From the NCBI GenBank assembly GCA_001643675.2, contig LSRY02000023.1:310001-374000 (forward strand): DNA of 64,000 nucleotides, given 5' to 3'. The notes under the pieces were generated by a model, which was given only the letters and a program-made list of their open reading frames with translations, did not search any database and had not been told where the DNA came from. Below are positions 1 through 13,108 of this stretch, one piece after another; within the stretch, counting starts at the first letter, position 1; the number at the start of each line of letters is the position of its first letter. Position numbers and translations under genes: made by a program. This DNA is from Monocercomonoides exilis PA203 (taxonomy: Eukaryota; Protista; Preaxostyla).

Positions 1-485
1 TGGATGATGTTGTTGATGAGCGTGAGATTGAAGAAAGAGAAGAGGAGGAAGAAGAAGAGGAAGAAGAAGATGATGATGATTCTTCCAAAGGCGAAAAAGA
101 AGGCATAATTGATGTTGTCTGAGCAGATGCTTCATCATCAGCAGTTTTCTGTTTATCTTCTCCATTTCCTCTTTCTGCCCCTTCTTCTTCTTCTTCTTCT
201 TCTTCCTTCTCTTTCTTCTCCCCCTTCTCTTCTCCCCCCTCTCCTCCTTCTCCTTCTCCTTCTCCTTCTCCATCGTCCAGCTGCTGTATCTCCTCCAATC
301 TAACAGCCAACATCCTTCTGATCTGCTTCAATTCTTCTTCGATTTCTGCTTTCTTTTCAATCAGTCGCTCACCCACACAGGTTAAGCAGCGCCCAAGGAT
401 CATGTGCTGACTGTCAGAACTGAAGGAAGGAGAACGGAGAGAGAGAAGAAGAGAGAGGAAGGAAGAAGAGGAGGAGGAAGAAGAA

Positions 486-516
<31 letters not shown>

Positions 517-2384
517 TGTTGTTGGAGGATGAAGTGGAATGCGTAAGAGAATAAGAAGAATATTGAAGTGACTGGGAAGATGATTGAATTGCGTCTAAAA
601 TGCAAATGAGTTGACAATAAAACAACATATAAAAAAGACATAAACGAAAGAAAAATTTTAAAAAAAGTCCATTTTATTAACAGCAAATGGATTAAAAAAA
701 GAAATCAAAGCAATTTCACACCATTATTACTCAGCCTCATCTCCTTCTTTTCCTTCTCTCTGTTTCTATTGCACTCCGCCAGCGCCTTGATGCTTCTGAC
801 CACCAGCGCCTCCACCCCGTCCCTCAGCTGCTCCGCTGCCCCTATCTTCTGCAGCACCTCCTTTGCATCAAACAGCTCTTTGGGTATTCTCTTCACTTCT
901 CTCTCCAACCTCCTCGGCGAATGCGTCAGGAAATATCCCAAAACAGCTGCATACACCTCCCTTTCAAGTGTAGGGTTGTGCAGTGGGATTTCCCCAAGTG
1001 CCTCCAGCTGCTCTGCCGCAATCAAATGCCTCACAAGCGACTGATACAGCGGAACATTCTGTTTTATGATGCCACTGTGTGTGTGTGTTGTCGCCAGCTC
1101 AATTGCCTGTCTCCATCTCTTGTGCTCAATCGCATGCTCCATCGACCGCGTCACTATCTCCTCTATCGTCACACTCTTCAGCAGCCCTGGCTGCTTCGCC
1201 AGCATCCCCATTGCTTCATCCAGTGCCTGTGCAAACTTCCCTTTCTCCATCAGCCACTGTATGTGATCATCTGCATTGATCCTCAGCGCATCCAGCCGTG
1301 TCGTCGGCGTCAGCACAGTCAGCCGCAGTGTCCGGTTGTTCTGCGCGTCTTCCACACTTGTCACACCCAGATGATAATCACGTGCACCCCATTGCTCACA
1401 CCCTTCCATAACTAACTGGTCACATACCTTTTCCGCTGCCAAGAGTGTGTCGAGTGTCACTTTTCCGGCAGTCAGCTCATCCATCTGGATCAGACGCAGC
1501 TCCGCGGGGTCAAACGGAGTCTGGGGTGATTCTGGCTCGTACGAACACAGAACAGCAATTGTATTGTTCACAAATGGGACAGCACCACACACAATAAAGT
1601 CCAGCTGGTCTATTTGATGGCTCACTGCAGCCAGTCTCCCTTTCTCGTCTGGCGTTTCGAAAATGCGGTAGAAGACTATCCTATTTGCGCATGCAATGAG
1701 CACCATGTTCGCTCCGTGCCAAGATAAAGTAAACGGATAGATTTTTGTTAACATCTTTTGCTGAGGTAAAAACAATCCCAATTTAGCAATTATGCATTGT
1801 TTTTCTGAATCATAAATTCGAACTCCAACAGAATTTGCCCATGCAACATATCTTCCATTCCATTTTATTACTAAGATTTCTCCTTCCATTGCAGCTATTT
1901 CTTTTGGTTTCTTTTTCAATAAGCCTTTTGTGAATAAAAGAAGTTTTTCTTCAGTACCACCAGCTATCAATCCTTTTTTTGAATTAAATTGTGGATGCAA
2001 TGCAACTGCAAGCATTGGTCGAGGAAGCTGATACTTGGCAACTGCTGCTTCTTCAGCATGATGAAGAACAACAACTTGTCCATCATGAGTTGCAACTGCA
2101 ACAAACAAATCATCAGAAATAGAAATATCATTAATCTGTCCAGAACTCACTTTTGCTTGCTTTGCGATGACGTTTTGACGATTTATCCAATAGATGTAGC
2201 CATCAGACGTCCCAATAACAGAGAAACGAGGATTTAATGCAATTGCAGTTGCCTTTGCCTGCTGTCTCGTAATAAAATCTAAAGGAATAAAGTTATATTT
2301 CAGCAAAGGTTCAATATCCTCCGAAGCATCTTTTGTTTCGTTTGGAGGAGCTTTTTCAGATTCCATTGCCAAAGTTATGGTCAT
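1..2384 (-). CDS. VPS41: HOPS subunit Vps41 (WD40 propeller plus start of clathrin-repeat region); 3' end runs off the window
   Basis: Vps41 motifs RPMLAVALHPQF, EGEILVIKWNGRYVAWANSVGVRIYD, RDYHL, DDHIQWLMEKGKFAQAL, LEREVYAAVLGYFL. A probable intron at ~730-595 joins a further open frame (..SDSQHMILGRCLTCVGERLIEKKAEIEEELKQ..) that continues toward position 1. Confidence 0.9.
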
Positions 2385-2498
2385 GAGAAAAGATATTCGG
2401 AGAATAAAAGTTCATAATTCATTATTCATAATATTGATAAAATTTTCCATTTTTGAAAAACTTTTCGTTTCTCACCCATTAAGAATAGCTCGAGAAAA

Positions 2499-3376
2499 AT
2501 GGATCCAAAAGTTCAGAAATCTATTGACCAGATGAAAAGCTTCATTATCCAAGAAGCTAATGAGAAAGCAGAGGAAATTACTGCCAATGCAGAGGAAGAT
2601 TATTACACAGAAAAGAATTCATTACTTGAATCAGAAAAAGAAAGAATCAGGAAAGAATATGCACGTAAACAGTCCCAGATCTCTGTTAAGAGGAGAATGT
2701 TTGTCACTTTCAAATGACTAAATATTTTAACAGTAATTTTTGTATATTTAGTGAAATTTCAAATCGAACAAATACGATTTTGCTCGATATTCAAAAACAA
2801 CGAAACGAAATGCTCGAATCATTGTTGGAAAAGGCTAAACTTAGTTCTGCAGAACAATCCAAAAACACCGACAAATACAAGCGTCTTCTTGTGAATCTCA
2901 TTTCACAGGGACTCACTGAACTTCTTGAAGCACATGTTTCAATTTTGGTTTGAAGTCTTCAGCTTGAAGTTTTATATTAAGTGGATATAAAAATCTTTTA
3001 TTTTTAAGTGCCGCAAAGAAGATATCGCACTTGTTAAAGAATCAATTCCAGAAGCAATTAAAAAAGCGGAAGAATCAATCGCTCCAAAGAAAATGGAATT
3101 TCACGTAATTGTTGATGAAAGCGAATCACTGCCCTCAGGGCCAGATCAATCAAAAAGCAGTCAGTTCTGGTGTGTTCACTTTTAAACATTCATTTTTTCC
3201 CCTTTGAATAAATACATTTTCAATATTGTAGTGCGGGAGGTGTGATTTTAACATGCCACGATGGACGAATCAGACTTAATAATACACTGGAAGCTCGACT
3301 GAAGATTGCCTATGAAAACCTTCTTCCAAAAATGAAAGGAATTCTTTTCCCCGACAAATTGCAGAATGTTTTCTAA
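2499..3376 (+). CDS. ATP6V1E: V-type ATPase V1 subunit E, 4 exons
   Basis: IDQMKSFIIQEANEKAEEI; ILCRKED; CAGGVIL...RIRLNNTLEARL. In-frame GT-AG introns at 2699-2751, 2948-3008 and 3170-3231; TAA at 3374-3376. Confidence 0.95.
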
Positions 3377-3804
3377 ACTCGTTTGTGTTGAAAATGCTTC
3401 ATATCACCGGGTGAATAAGTTTGAGAATGAATATCAAAATAATGAAAATTACAAGTACTTTGACTTCAAACATTTAACATTTAACAATAACTCATTAGTC
3501 TTTGTAGAAATATTAGAATATTTTCACAGCCATTCAACATCTTTGTCTGCTTTTCATTTCGCATCTCTCTATCTTAAAAATGAATAAACCTGAAAGTTTG
3601 TTTTCATGTTTAATTTTCTACATTTAAAGAATTTGGAAAAGTTTAAAAAACTTTTCTTTGAAAAAATAAAATAAAAAATTATAATAAGCCTTATATAAAT
3701 CGCAACAAGCCGAAGAGAAAATTAGATTTAGATAAATTCTAAAGAAATTTCTAACATTCACATTGTCAATAATCCGAACCATTTCCGTCTCCACTTTTAA
3801 AAAA

Positions 3805-6282
3805 TTATCTCTTGAATTTATAGTGATAAGTAAGTATAGCTGTCGACACTTCCTCTTCCTTGTTGAATGGAATGATCCATTTAAATGACCTGCCTTGCTT
3901 CTCAATCACCGGCTTCGCAGACGGCTTAAACTCCAGCGCCTCTCCCCAAAACGGCAGGGTGTCTTCTATTTCGAGCGATGGCACAAAGCCAATCTGTTCA
4001 TTCACAAACTGTGTGCACTGGATAATCACATCACCTTCAGCTGTGTTGTTGCTGTTGAATGGTGTGCGTGACTCTGTCCATTTGCATGCTGCCAGCAGCG
4101 CAGACGGGCCAAGCGACACTTCAAACGAACGATTCACCACAACATCCCTTTCGAGCGACGTGGTGAGCAGAAGAGATGGATTGGGCTGATCGGCAAGCTC
4201 GTCTTCACTCTGCACTGAGTCATGTGTGTCTTCTGGTTCTGCTTTCTCATACAGAATGAGTGGATCGCTGTCTTTTGCACCAGAATTCTGTGTTTTGACT
4301 ATGCGGAATGTTGATGTTGCCTCCTTTTGCTGCTTTTCACTCCCATTTGCTTCGGAAGAAGATGAGGAAACCGAGTCGCGGTAGACTTCCACTCTTCCTG
4401 ATGGCAGAGGCACCAATCCAAGTGCATTGGCTATTGTGTTCTCTGTTTGAATACAATTCCACATCATTATCAAACAAAGAGTTAGGAATAATTAAAAAAA
4501 AAAAAAAAAAAAAAACACAGAGAAAGAAAGCAATTAGTACATAAAAAATTATTTCTTCATTATTAAAAATTAGCACACTTATTCGAAGTATCAACGCCGG
4601 GTGTGCCACGTTCTCGTCTGACTCAGAAACACCCGAATGATGTTCTGAAGCTGTGAACCTGAGCACCCTCTCAACCGCTGACGGATGCCGCGCCTTCTTC
4701 GGCAGCTGGGCCATCACAGTGAAAAGGGACGTGCCGCTGAGTGGGAGTGTGTGTGTGCTGCTGCCAGACAGAGGAGCAAAGCTCACTCGATCTCCCTCAA
4801 GCGATGCATCAATGCTGGCTCCTCCACCTTCGCCTGTGGCGCTGTCGAAGGATGCTGCTTCAGGCTCAGCCATCGCATCGTTTGAAAAATACATCGCCTT
4901 CTGCCTCGGGGAAGGTACTGAAGCTGTGCGGTAGAGGCGGTGTGAGATGTGGTGGCCTGGGGTGTCGAGACCAGACTCGCCTGTCATGAAGCGGAGTGTT
5001 TCTGTGAAACAGCACAAATGACAAAGATAGAAAAAGAAAAGAAAAGAAAATTATCAGTGAAAATTATTAAAAAAAAGGATGGAAAATGCACTTGAACAAG
5101 AAAGAGAATAATTAAATGACAATATAAAACACGCATCTTTAAAAAAACATTTCTTTTTCAACTGTCTTTTTATCTTTTCACTCTTTATTCCTTTATCTTC
5201 ACTCCTCCTCCTCCTCCTCCTCCTCCTCCTCCTCCTCCTCCTCCTCCTCCTCCTCCTCATACTTGGCTGTATTGTTCTGTTGCGATGAGCACATCGTGCA
5301 TCATCCACTTCAGTCACAGCCACTGAGAACATCTCAAGTGACGCCTTGTTCAGCGACTCGTCCAGAAGAAGACGATATTTCGGCTGCCATTCCATTCCAT
5401 TGATGGTGTAGTGGAGTGTCACATGGCATTTTTCATTATTTATCTTTTCTGTTTTTTCTGATTTTTCTGACTTTTCTTCTTCTTGTTCCTCATCAACGTC
5501 TTTCTTCTTCTCTTTCTCCTTCATTTGTGGAAGCTCTTTTCCAAATATCTTCCTTTTCTCGTCTTTCACTGGCCTTTTATTTTCTATTTTCTGATTGATG
5601 ATTTCACTTACAATATCTTGCTGTTTTTGGCAACTATATGTGATATTTGCAATATACTCTGCTGAGCATGGAACCTGACGATTTGTCTTCCTTTGAGACT
5701 GAACGAGAATAGAAGTTGGTCTTTCCAAGAGAAGCACAGATTCTTCATCGGGCGTGTGTATACGTACGTTTTGGTGTCTATCAATGCATACCCGACCTTT
5801 GATTTTGTGCCCTGATAAAGATTTGGGAATCACGTAAATGAAAATCGATAAGCACGTAAAGTAGTTTTTTAAAAAACAGTTTAAGTTTTAAGTTAAATGA
5901 TAAGATTTGAAAATAAATCATTAATTTAGAGAAGTTATAAACCGTGCTTTTCATGAATAACAACGTCTTGTCCAATGAGGGAATTTAATGTGTTTGTATC
6001 AAATATTCTATTACTATATTCAGAATGACGTATTTGGTAATCAAGCAAAGCAAATTCTTTATCATTTGGAGCATCAAAGAATAAAGATGATTCATCACTT
6101 GGGCGGAAAGGAAGTTGTACATATGCAACTTTTTCATTATTATATGTTGATGGTAGAGATAAATGACATGAAACAACAGCACCGCTTCTGTACAATGATA
6201 GATCAAAAGAGTCGCACGCAAGCTGACTCAACGATATACGAAACAAGGATGTAATAAGAAATGCAATAAATGCAGGTGTCAT
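3805..6282 (-). CDS. DUF4139/DUF4140-like secreted protein, 4 exons
   Basis: Signal peptide MTPAFIAFLITSLFRISLS. Spliced at introns 5942-5812, 5262-5002 and 4578-4443, it reads DLSLYRSGAVV..., LNSLIGQDVVI, LHYTINGMEWQPKYRLLLD, LRFMTG, LRIKNTIANALGLVPLPSGRVEVY, FEVSLG, FKWIIP..LTYHY. This is the motif order of bacterial DUF4139 proteins. Confidence 0.7.
5203..5258. repeat. (CCT/AGG)n trinucleotide microsatellite in intron 2 of the DUF4139-like gene
   Basis: Uninterrupted ctcctcctc run next to the GTATGA donor. It produces the spurious poly-Arg in ORF 5054..5833. Confidence 0.9.
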
Positions 6283-6390
6283 GAATTTATGGCTAGAAAA
6301 TTCTCTCCGAACTACAAATAATATACAACAACTGTAGTTGAAAGCTCAATAGATAAATATTTGCATGTCGAGATCAAACAATAATATTTC

Positions 6391-7329
6391 TTAAGGGTGC
6401 TGTAATAATAAATCTTGATCGCTATCATTCGAAATATTTAATGAATCATCAATATTGTTGCCGTTATTGGAAGTAAATGTCTTGATTTCTGCAAATTCGT
6501 TTACTGAAAATGGAATATTTCCATATTGTTTAATCCAATAAAAAGGGTCTTTGGGTAAATCAATTGGAATTGGTAAAAACCATTTCCAAACGCTGCTACC
6601 AAGAAATGATTTTAGATTTTTCATTACGCTTCCAAGATCATATAAGTGCTTTTCAGTTCCATTTTTTGATAAAACAGGATCCAGATATCGTTCAGGAGAC
6701 AGTCCTTCAATCGTTGTTTTGTTGTACACGAACTTCTCAAAATGTTCTGGTATCATCCCCACCGTTATAAATACGAAAAATATCGAATAAAATATTGAAA
6801 AGGTAACAAATGCAATTTCAGTAATCGCAACTGAACGTTCAAAATGAGGAAGAATAGTTAAATTAAGAGTTTGAGCATAAGAAATAATCCAATAAAAATC
6901 ATATATTAGTGTTAAGCATCCAATCAAAAAGGTATAGACAAGGAAAAGCCAAAAAGATTTGTGAGTACGAAGTCCAATGCATTTTCCAAACCAAGGACAA
7001 TGATGATCCATGCGGAGAACGCAACGATTACATTTTGAGCAATGATGCGATCTATGAACTTTGACACATTTGCATTTTACACATATTCGTTGAGGAGGAA
7101 GATTCATCATATTGAGTTCTGAGATGTGCCAGCCAAGTGGAATATAGCCAGGATCCATGCATAATGTCATAAAAAAAGATACATTCATGAGGATAAAAGG
7201 AATGATGTAAATAAGCATGTTGACGATTCCAGCAACAGAAAATCCCAGATGGTGGCAAAAAACAACACCAAAAATTGTTCCAAAATCAAGATACATAAAA
7301 AAAATGCAGATTGCCGGAATAATGTTCAT
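6391..7329 (-). CDS. DHHC zinc-finger palmitoyltransferase
   Basis: DPG motif, CVKCKCVKVHRSHHCSKCNRCVLRMDHHCPWFGKCIG, TTIE (TTxE) motif, YDLG...N motif and four TM segments. The exact start is uncertain. Confidence 0.95.
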   Translation of the reverse strand: MNIIPAICIFFMYLDFGTIFGVVFCHHLGFSVAGIVNMLIYIIPFILMNVSFFMTLCMDPGYIPLGWHISELNMMNLPPQRICVKCKCVKVHRSHHCSKCNRCVLRMDHHCPWFGKCIGLRTHKSFWLFLVYTFLIGCLTLIYDFYWIISYAQTLNLTILPHFERSVAITEIAFVTFSIFYSIFFVFITVGMIPEHFEKFVYNKTTIEGLSPERYLDPVLSKNGTEKHLYDLGSVMKNLKSFLGSSVWKWFLPIPIDLPKDPFYWIKQYGNIPFSVNEFAEIKTFTSNNGNNIDDSLNISNDSDQDLLLQHP

Positions 7330-7474
7330 GTATTTGAAAGAATTAAAATATGCTTATTGTTCACGAATAAAAGGAGTATTTTCAAAAAAGGAGAAGAATT
7401 CATAAATATATTAAGGTGTGGATCAATACTTTTTCAAATAAAAGTTTAAATTTTTCTTTTGTTCGGGAAAAGAG

Positions 7475-9911
7475 ATGAGCTTTGCACGAACAAAAAGAGT
7501 TACCTTTTTTCCTGATCCAAATCAAAAGGAGCAAATTTATGAGATTACAACAAAATCTCCGTTTGTCAAAATCTATTCCTTTAAATTTTTTATTTTACTT
7601 ATTAACAGAGTATCACGTAATCCAATGACAAGAAAAACAATAAAAAATGCTTCGCAATTACTTCCAAAGAGTTATTATTCTTATCCAGATTATGTAACAA
7701 GAAAACGGTTTATTTTTCAAAAAATTGAAATATTGAAAATAATTTGATTTTTTGAACTTTAGCGCATATAAAATGAGAGGAAGAAGTGAACCTGCGTCTC
7801 CTCCTTCTCCAGTGCGATTTTTGATGACTTCAACTCTCGAAAGTGAGACAAAGTCTAGCCAAGAGAATGCAATACCTCAAAAATCTTCTTTGTCCCATAA
7901 AAATGGTAATACTAAGCAAAAATCTTCGAGTAAAAATGTTGAAGATTCAACAATGAATCCATTAACGCGTTATCGTTCCCCTTCTCAACCTTCTCTTCCA
8001 AAAACACATTCACCATCTCCTCCGCTAAAACGAAAAAAGCGTCTCTCAACTCCATCAACTCCTCCGCATTCAAAACGCATCACTGTTTTTCATTCGCCTG
8101 AAAGAGACAATGAAGTTTGTAATCTTTCTCTCTACGGAAAAGATCCAAATTCAGAGCACCACATATTGGATGAAGATGAAAGTTCTCAATCATCCATGTC
8201 TTCACTATTTTCTTCAACTGATCTCAAAGAACTTAACAATCGTTCCAAATCAAATGAAATTGGAACCAATGATCGAGGTAAAAAGCATGGTGTACAACGT
8301 ATTTCAGGAGATGAACGTGAAGATGACACTGAAGTCGAGCCATCATCCATGTTGAACTACTCTCAAAAGCGTGTGTATCCGCAAAGAGAAGTTATCTGCG
8401 TTGCACATCCGCCTGCAGAACGAATTGACGAGCCTGAAATACAAAGCAAAGCTCGCGATCCTTTGCCTTCGCCCCGTCAGCGTGCCATAAATCAGTCCTT
8501 GAGCAAAACATCGTTTTCCATCCCCTCTCCTCAGCATCATTCTCTTCACATCACTTTGTTGTCTCCACCTTCAAAGCGTTCTGCTCCATCAACTCAGACT
8601 GCTTCTTTCCATTCCGCTTCAAAGGGACCAAAAGAGGAACAGAAACGGAAGCCTCAGTCTCCAATTTCTTTGTCTTCTTCATTTGCGAATGATCTGACAG
8701 ATCACGAGAAAGTGGTCAAGTCTGTCAACAGCCCCGATTCAAATATGCATTCACATTCTTCTTCTTCTTCTTCTTCTTCTCATCCAACACCTCACTCACA
8801 ATCACGAGCACACTCATTTCATTCTCCGTTTGGCCAGTCATACTTCCTCAGCTCAACTTCAACAGCCACTTCAGCCACAGAAACGCCTGCTCCGGAGACG
8901 AAAATTGGGACTGCTGCAACAGATCACAAAAGGATGTCAGCATCAATGCATCTTTCAGACATTATGACTCCTCCTGCGTTTCATTATCCAACTCCATTAT
9001 CACATGAAGAACACGAAGAAGAGCAGCATTCAGCACACAAGCACAATCGCAAAGATGGCCACCACATTCGTCGCAGTCACCGTCACAACCGCCATCGTCA
9101 TCATCGTCGATCGAGCCATTCTACTCATAAGTCAAAACATCATCATCACAACCACCACCACCATCACCGCACTCCAAAAAGAAATATTGATGGTAAACGT
9201 TTGCATCATCGTCGATCTCCTTCAGAATCTTCGTATTTCTCAACATCTTCATCAGCATCGATGTCTTTTCACCACTCGTCTCCGAGCTCACATTCAGATT
9301 GCTCAATTTCTGACTCCTCTTTCTCTTCTTCATATTCACCTTCGCATTACTCTTCGTCATCATCACTTCGCAGACGAAGCAGCTCACAACACCATGGAAG
9401 GGCAAGAGAAGGAAGAGAAAGAAAAGCCTCAAGTCGAAGCCGCGCACAAAGCAGAAAGAGAGCAGGAGAATCGCTATCAGGGCTTACACACATTCCTGGT
9501 GCATCGGTGTCTGGAAGAAGGCAGAGTGATTTATGGTCTTCTCGATTCAGCAGAGCACAGCAGAGGAAATCCTTTAGTGGAAGAAGAAAACAAGAGGAAA
9601 GTGATATCAGGCCATCATCTGCTCCACCAGTGAAAGATGTTGCAAAGACAGAGCGGCAGCGATTGGAGGAGAAGAGAAAAGCGAAAGAAGAAAAAATCAA
9701 ACGGTTTTCACAAATCCAAATGATGAAGTTGGACGAGACTGGAACGAAGCTGACGACGGCAGCTGACAGAAGGCGGATGAAGGAGTCTACTCGTAGTATT
9801 GAACTGCCAAGAAGCAGAGGAGTGGCATTGCAGAAGAAGACAACACCAGAAATGTCTTCGTCTTTCTTTGCAAGGCTCAACAGCGCGAAACAGTCTCATG
9901 CTGATTTATAG
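7475..9911 (+). CDS. Ser/His/Arg-rich low-complexity protein of unknown function, 3 exons
   Basis: In-frame introns ~7561-7608 and ~7708-7762 join ORF 7475 to the 719-aa ORF. It has a His-rich tract and a basic coiled C-terminus. Confidence 0.7.
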
Positions 9912-10323
9912 AGAGAACGAATTTTAAAGTTGATTTAAAAAAAAAAGGAGGAAAAAGAAATTTTCTGTTAAATTAAAGTGTTTATAAGATGGAGAATTTT
10001 ATTTTATGATTTGCATTTCATTTTTCTTTTAGTTGTTTAACTGTTGTATGTCGAATATAACAAAGTGATAACATAATTGAATAAATGTTTTTCATTTGTT
10101 CGTTACTCTACTTATTGTTGAAAAATCTCAAACAAAAAAACTTAAAAAAAAAAAATAATCAGCAATTGCAGAAAAGAAGTTGGAATTGAAATGCATTTGA
10201 AATGAATCAAAGAAAAATGACAATAAATTAAACCAATTCTAGTAATTCTCTGTTAAACAGCTTATAAAGGCAATGGTTATCGCCAATGCATTGCAAATGG
10301 TATAATAGACAGTAATCAACTGC

Positions 10324-12028
10324 TCAACGTAGCAAGCTCAGCACAAAAAGAATGAGAAAAGACAGAAAAGTTACGCGAGGTGGAGTGATGTGAAATGAGC
10401 CGCTCAAATAATCAGATGGATCGACAGGCGCAAAGAACACAACATAGTCTTCAATAGAACACTCATTTTTCCCTGCTCTAATCCTGAAAAATCCCTTGTC
10501 ACCCCACTCTGGACCCCAGCTGTGAATAATAAGTTGTTTCAGTGAGAGGAAAAAAATAAAAAGAAAAAGAAATGAAGAAGAAGACGATGATGTGTTATTT
10601 TGAATGAATATGAAAAAAAAAATGGAATGAGATTAAATATGAAGTGATTGATTGAGAAAGACAACAAAGTGAGCAAACCTGTTTTTCACCAGCCAATAAT
10701 TGGTTCCATTCTTCTCGCCATATCTGAATGAATAGCATCAATAACATGCATTCAAAGAAATAATAATTATTGGCAAAAATTAATTGACAGAATGTTGTGG
10801 AAAAAATATTCAAAAGATATTAACAGGATACGATACCCATATATTGCGACTGCATGATACTCGCCTGTACCTTTGCGCTCTTTCGGGTTCTTTGTGTAAA
10901 CTTCACCATTCTTAAACTGATCAGTGAAATCATAAAAGCTTTTAAAAACTTCATAATTCACTAAAATAAAATTAATTAAATAAAATAAAATTTTAAATAT
11001 TCATTTATTATTTGTAAATTAAAAAATATGAATAGAATAAAAATAATAACCTGCAGCAGGTCCCCACCAAGACAGTATCAGCTGGATGTCTTCGAGTGGA
11101 CGAATGGAATTTCCAGGGAAAAATACCCACGGTTCAAATCCGCATTGCTCTCTATTAGAAAAAAAAATAAAGATTATTTTTAAAATAAATGAAATATAGG
11201 CGGAATCATACTTTGTAAAGTAATTAATAGATTTTCCGCTTACGCACGTTGCGGGGCATGTGTCATTTTTCATTTTATAAGGAAGGCATTCGCTGTTTGG
11301 AATACCATTTTTTTTCATAACTTTGAACAGAAATTAAAATTAATTGGCAAAAATACTTTGAAATAATTTTGATAAACGCATAAATACATACATTCAAAAG
11401 CCAAATTAGAGTAACCTCCTCTACATCCATTTTGGCAATCTTTAGCATCGTAACTTTGACAAGAATGGTCGCAATCAAGCTAACGAAAGATTTTTTGCAT
11501 AATTCAAAAAAACATTGATAAACTCAAACAAGATATTGTGCCGAAAAATGTTCATTCACTATAGTGTTGTTTGTTTCGGTTGTCCATTTTAGTGCATAAG
11601 CTGCAGCACAATCAGCAGCAGATATTGCCCAGCAACTTCATAAAAGGCAAAAACATGTTAAAAAATAAGCTCTAGAAAATAAGCACACCTACCACACTGG
11701 CCTTGATTTTGAACGATATTTGAGATTGTTGCATTATATTTCTGAAATATTGATTAATTTATTTTCTGAAAATGGACAAAAAGAATTAAACCTCGCGGAA
11801 ATCATATTGTTTTGGTATCTCTGGGCGGTCCGTTTGAAACAATCTTCTTGTTTCCTTTGACAAGGGATAAGGGACCCCCTTTGCAAAGCTATAATGATTC
11901 TCAGCGGTTTCTATCATCTTGTAAAAACCTCTTTTAGTTGGGAAATTTTCGAATACAACATCTTCTGCATTCGCACAAAAAGTCAATGAAAAGGCAAGTA
12001 TGCAATACAATGTTTTCTGTAGCCTCAT
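10324..12028 (-). CDS. Papain-family (C1A) cathepsin B-like cysteine protease with signal peptide and hydrophobic C-terminal tail, ~9 exons
   Basis: IPKQYDFRE; QNQGQCG-SCWA (catalytic Cys; intron 11688-11636); GCRGG; CLPY; HAVAIYG (catalytic His); [20 protein letters not shown] (catalytic Asn); NECSIE; TGA at 10324-10326. Confidence 0.9.
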
Positions 12029-12163
12029 TATAGTTCCAAAAAATATAATTATTTTACGATCCGTCCCGAAGTAAATTTAATGAAAAATCCCATCAAAAAA
12101 TAATTTTGCTTTCTACAGCTTGGAAATAGTATTTTTTTCTTTTTTTCTTTGCTTTTCTTATTT

Positions 12164-13108
12164 ATGGCAATATTTCGCATTTTTGAAATATTATGGCTGT
12201 TTTATATAAAACTTTTACATTGTTCAGCTGAATGTACATTAGAAGAGCTCTCACCTTGCTGTGATGAATGTGATATTCATCCCCTCTGCTTGGAATTTGG
12301 TGAAGCTCCAATAAATTGTCTTCTTGATTTGGATATTGAATGCTGTTGCGAAACACAAGAAGATGCTTCAGATGATTTTGATTCATTATAGTTTGAATTT
12401 GTTTATTTGTTTTCTTGTGACAATTTTCCACAGTTACTCCATTCCGTGTGGTACCATTGGAACTCGGAGCAGATTATTTAACGATGAACCACGTGGAACA
12501 GCACTGCGAATTGCTTCTGGATTTCCAGTTAAAATACCAGATTATAATGGAGGGTTAGATTGATAATTTTATAAATCATTCATAACTTCTTCTTCACGTT
12601 TTCATTTATTCTGTTTAGAGTTCGTTACTCTTCTCCTTATTTAGCTCCTCCATTTAATGAAGTTATTTCGGATATGTATGGATATCCACGATCATTGCCT
12701 CAAGCTCAATCGCTCAATTATCCCATTCTTGGCTCTCCATCTTTATACCCTTCTCAATCTCTACCTTATGCTGTTCCTGGATGTTCGTCACCTTCAACAA
12801 ACATTGTCATCACAACAGCTCCATCTTCTCCTTCACTTCCAGTTTCTCCTCAACCTCTCTCTTCGCAAACACCCATCACAATTATCACTTCACCACAACA
12901 GCAAGCTCCCCTTCCTCTCCAAGCTCCACTTTCACCTCTTGTCCAACCAGCATATCTTGCGCCTCAGCTTCCATTGCAGTATCAACTTCCTCTTCAGAAT
13001 ACAGAAGAAGAAGAAGGTCCCACATCAATTGTGACTCAAGCGAAAACAACAAGAATAAACCTCAAAGCACCTCAATTTCAAGCACGTCGCCGTGCTGCTT
13101 TGAGGTGA
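12164..13108 (+). CDS. Putative secreted protein with an acidic Cys-rich N-domain and a Pro/Ser/Gln-rich tail, 3 exons
   Basis: Signal-like MAIFRIFEILWLFYIKLLHCSA. Introns ~12391-12433 and ~12554-12618 join ORFs 12149, 12324 and 12674 in frame. Confidence 0.6.
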
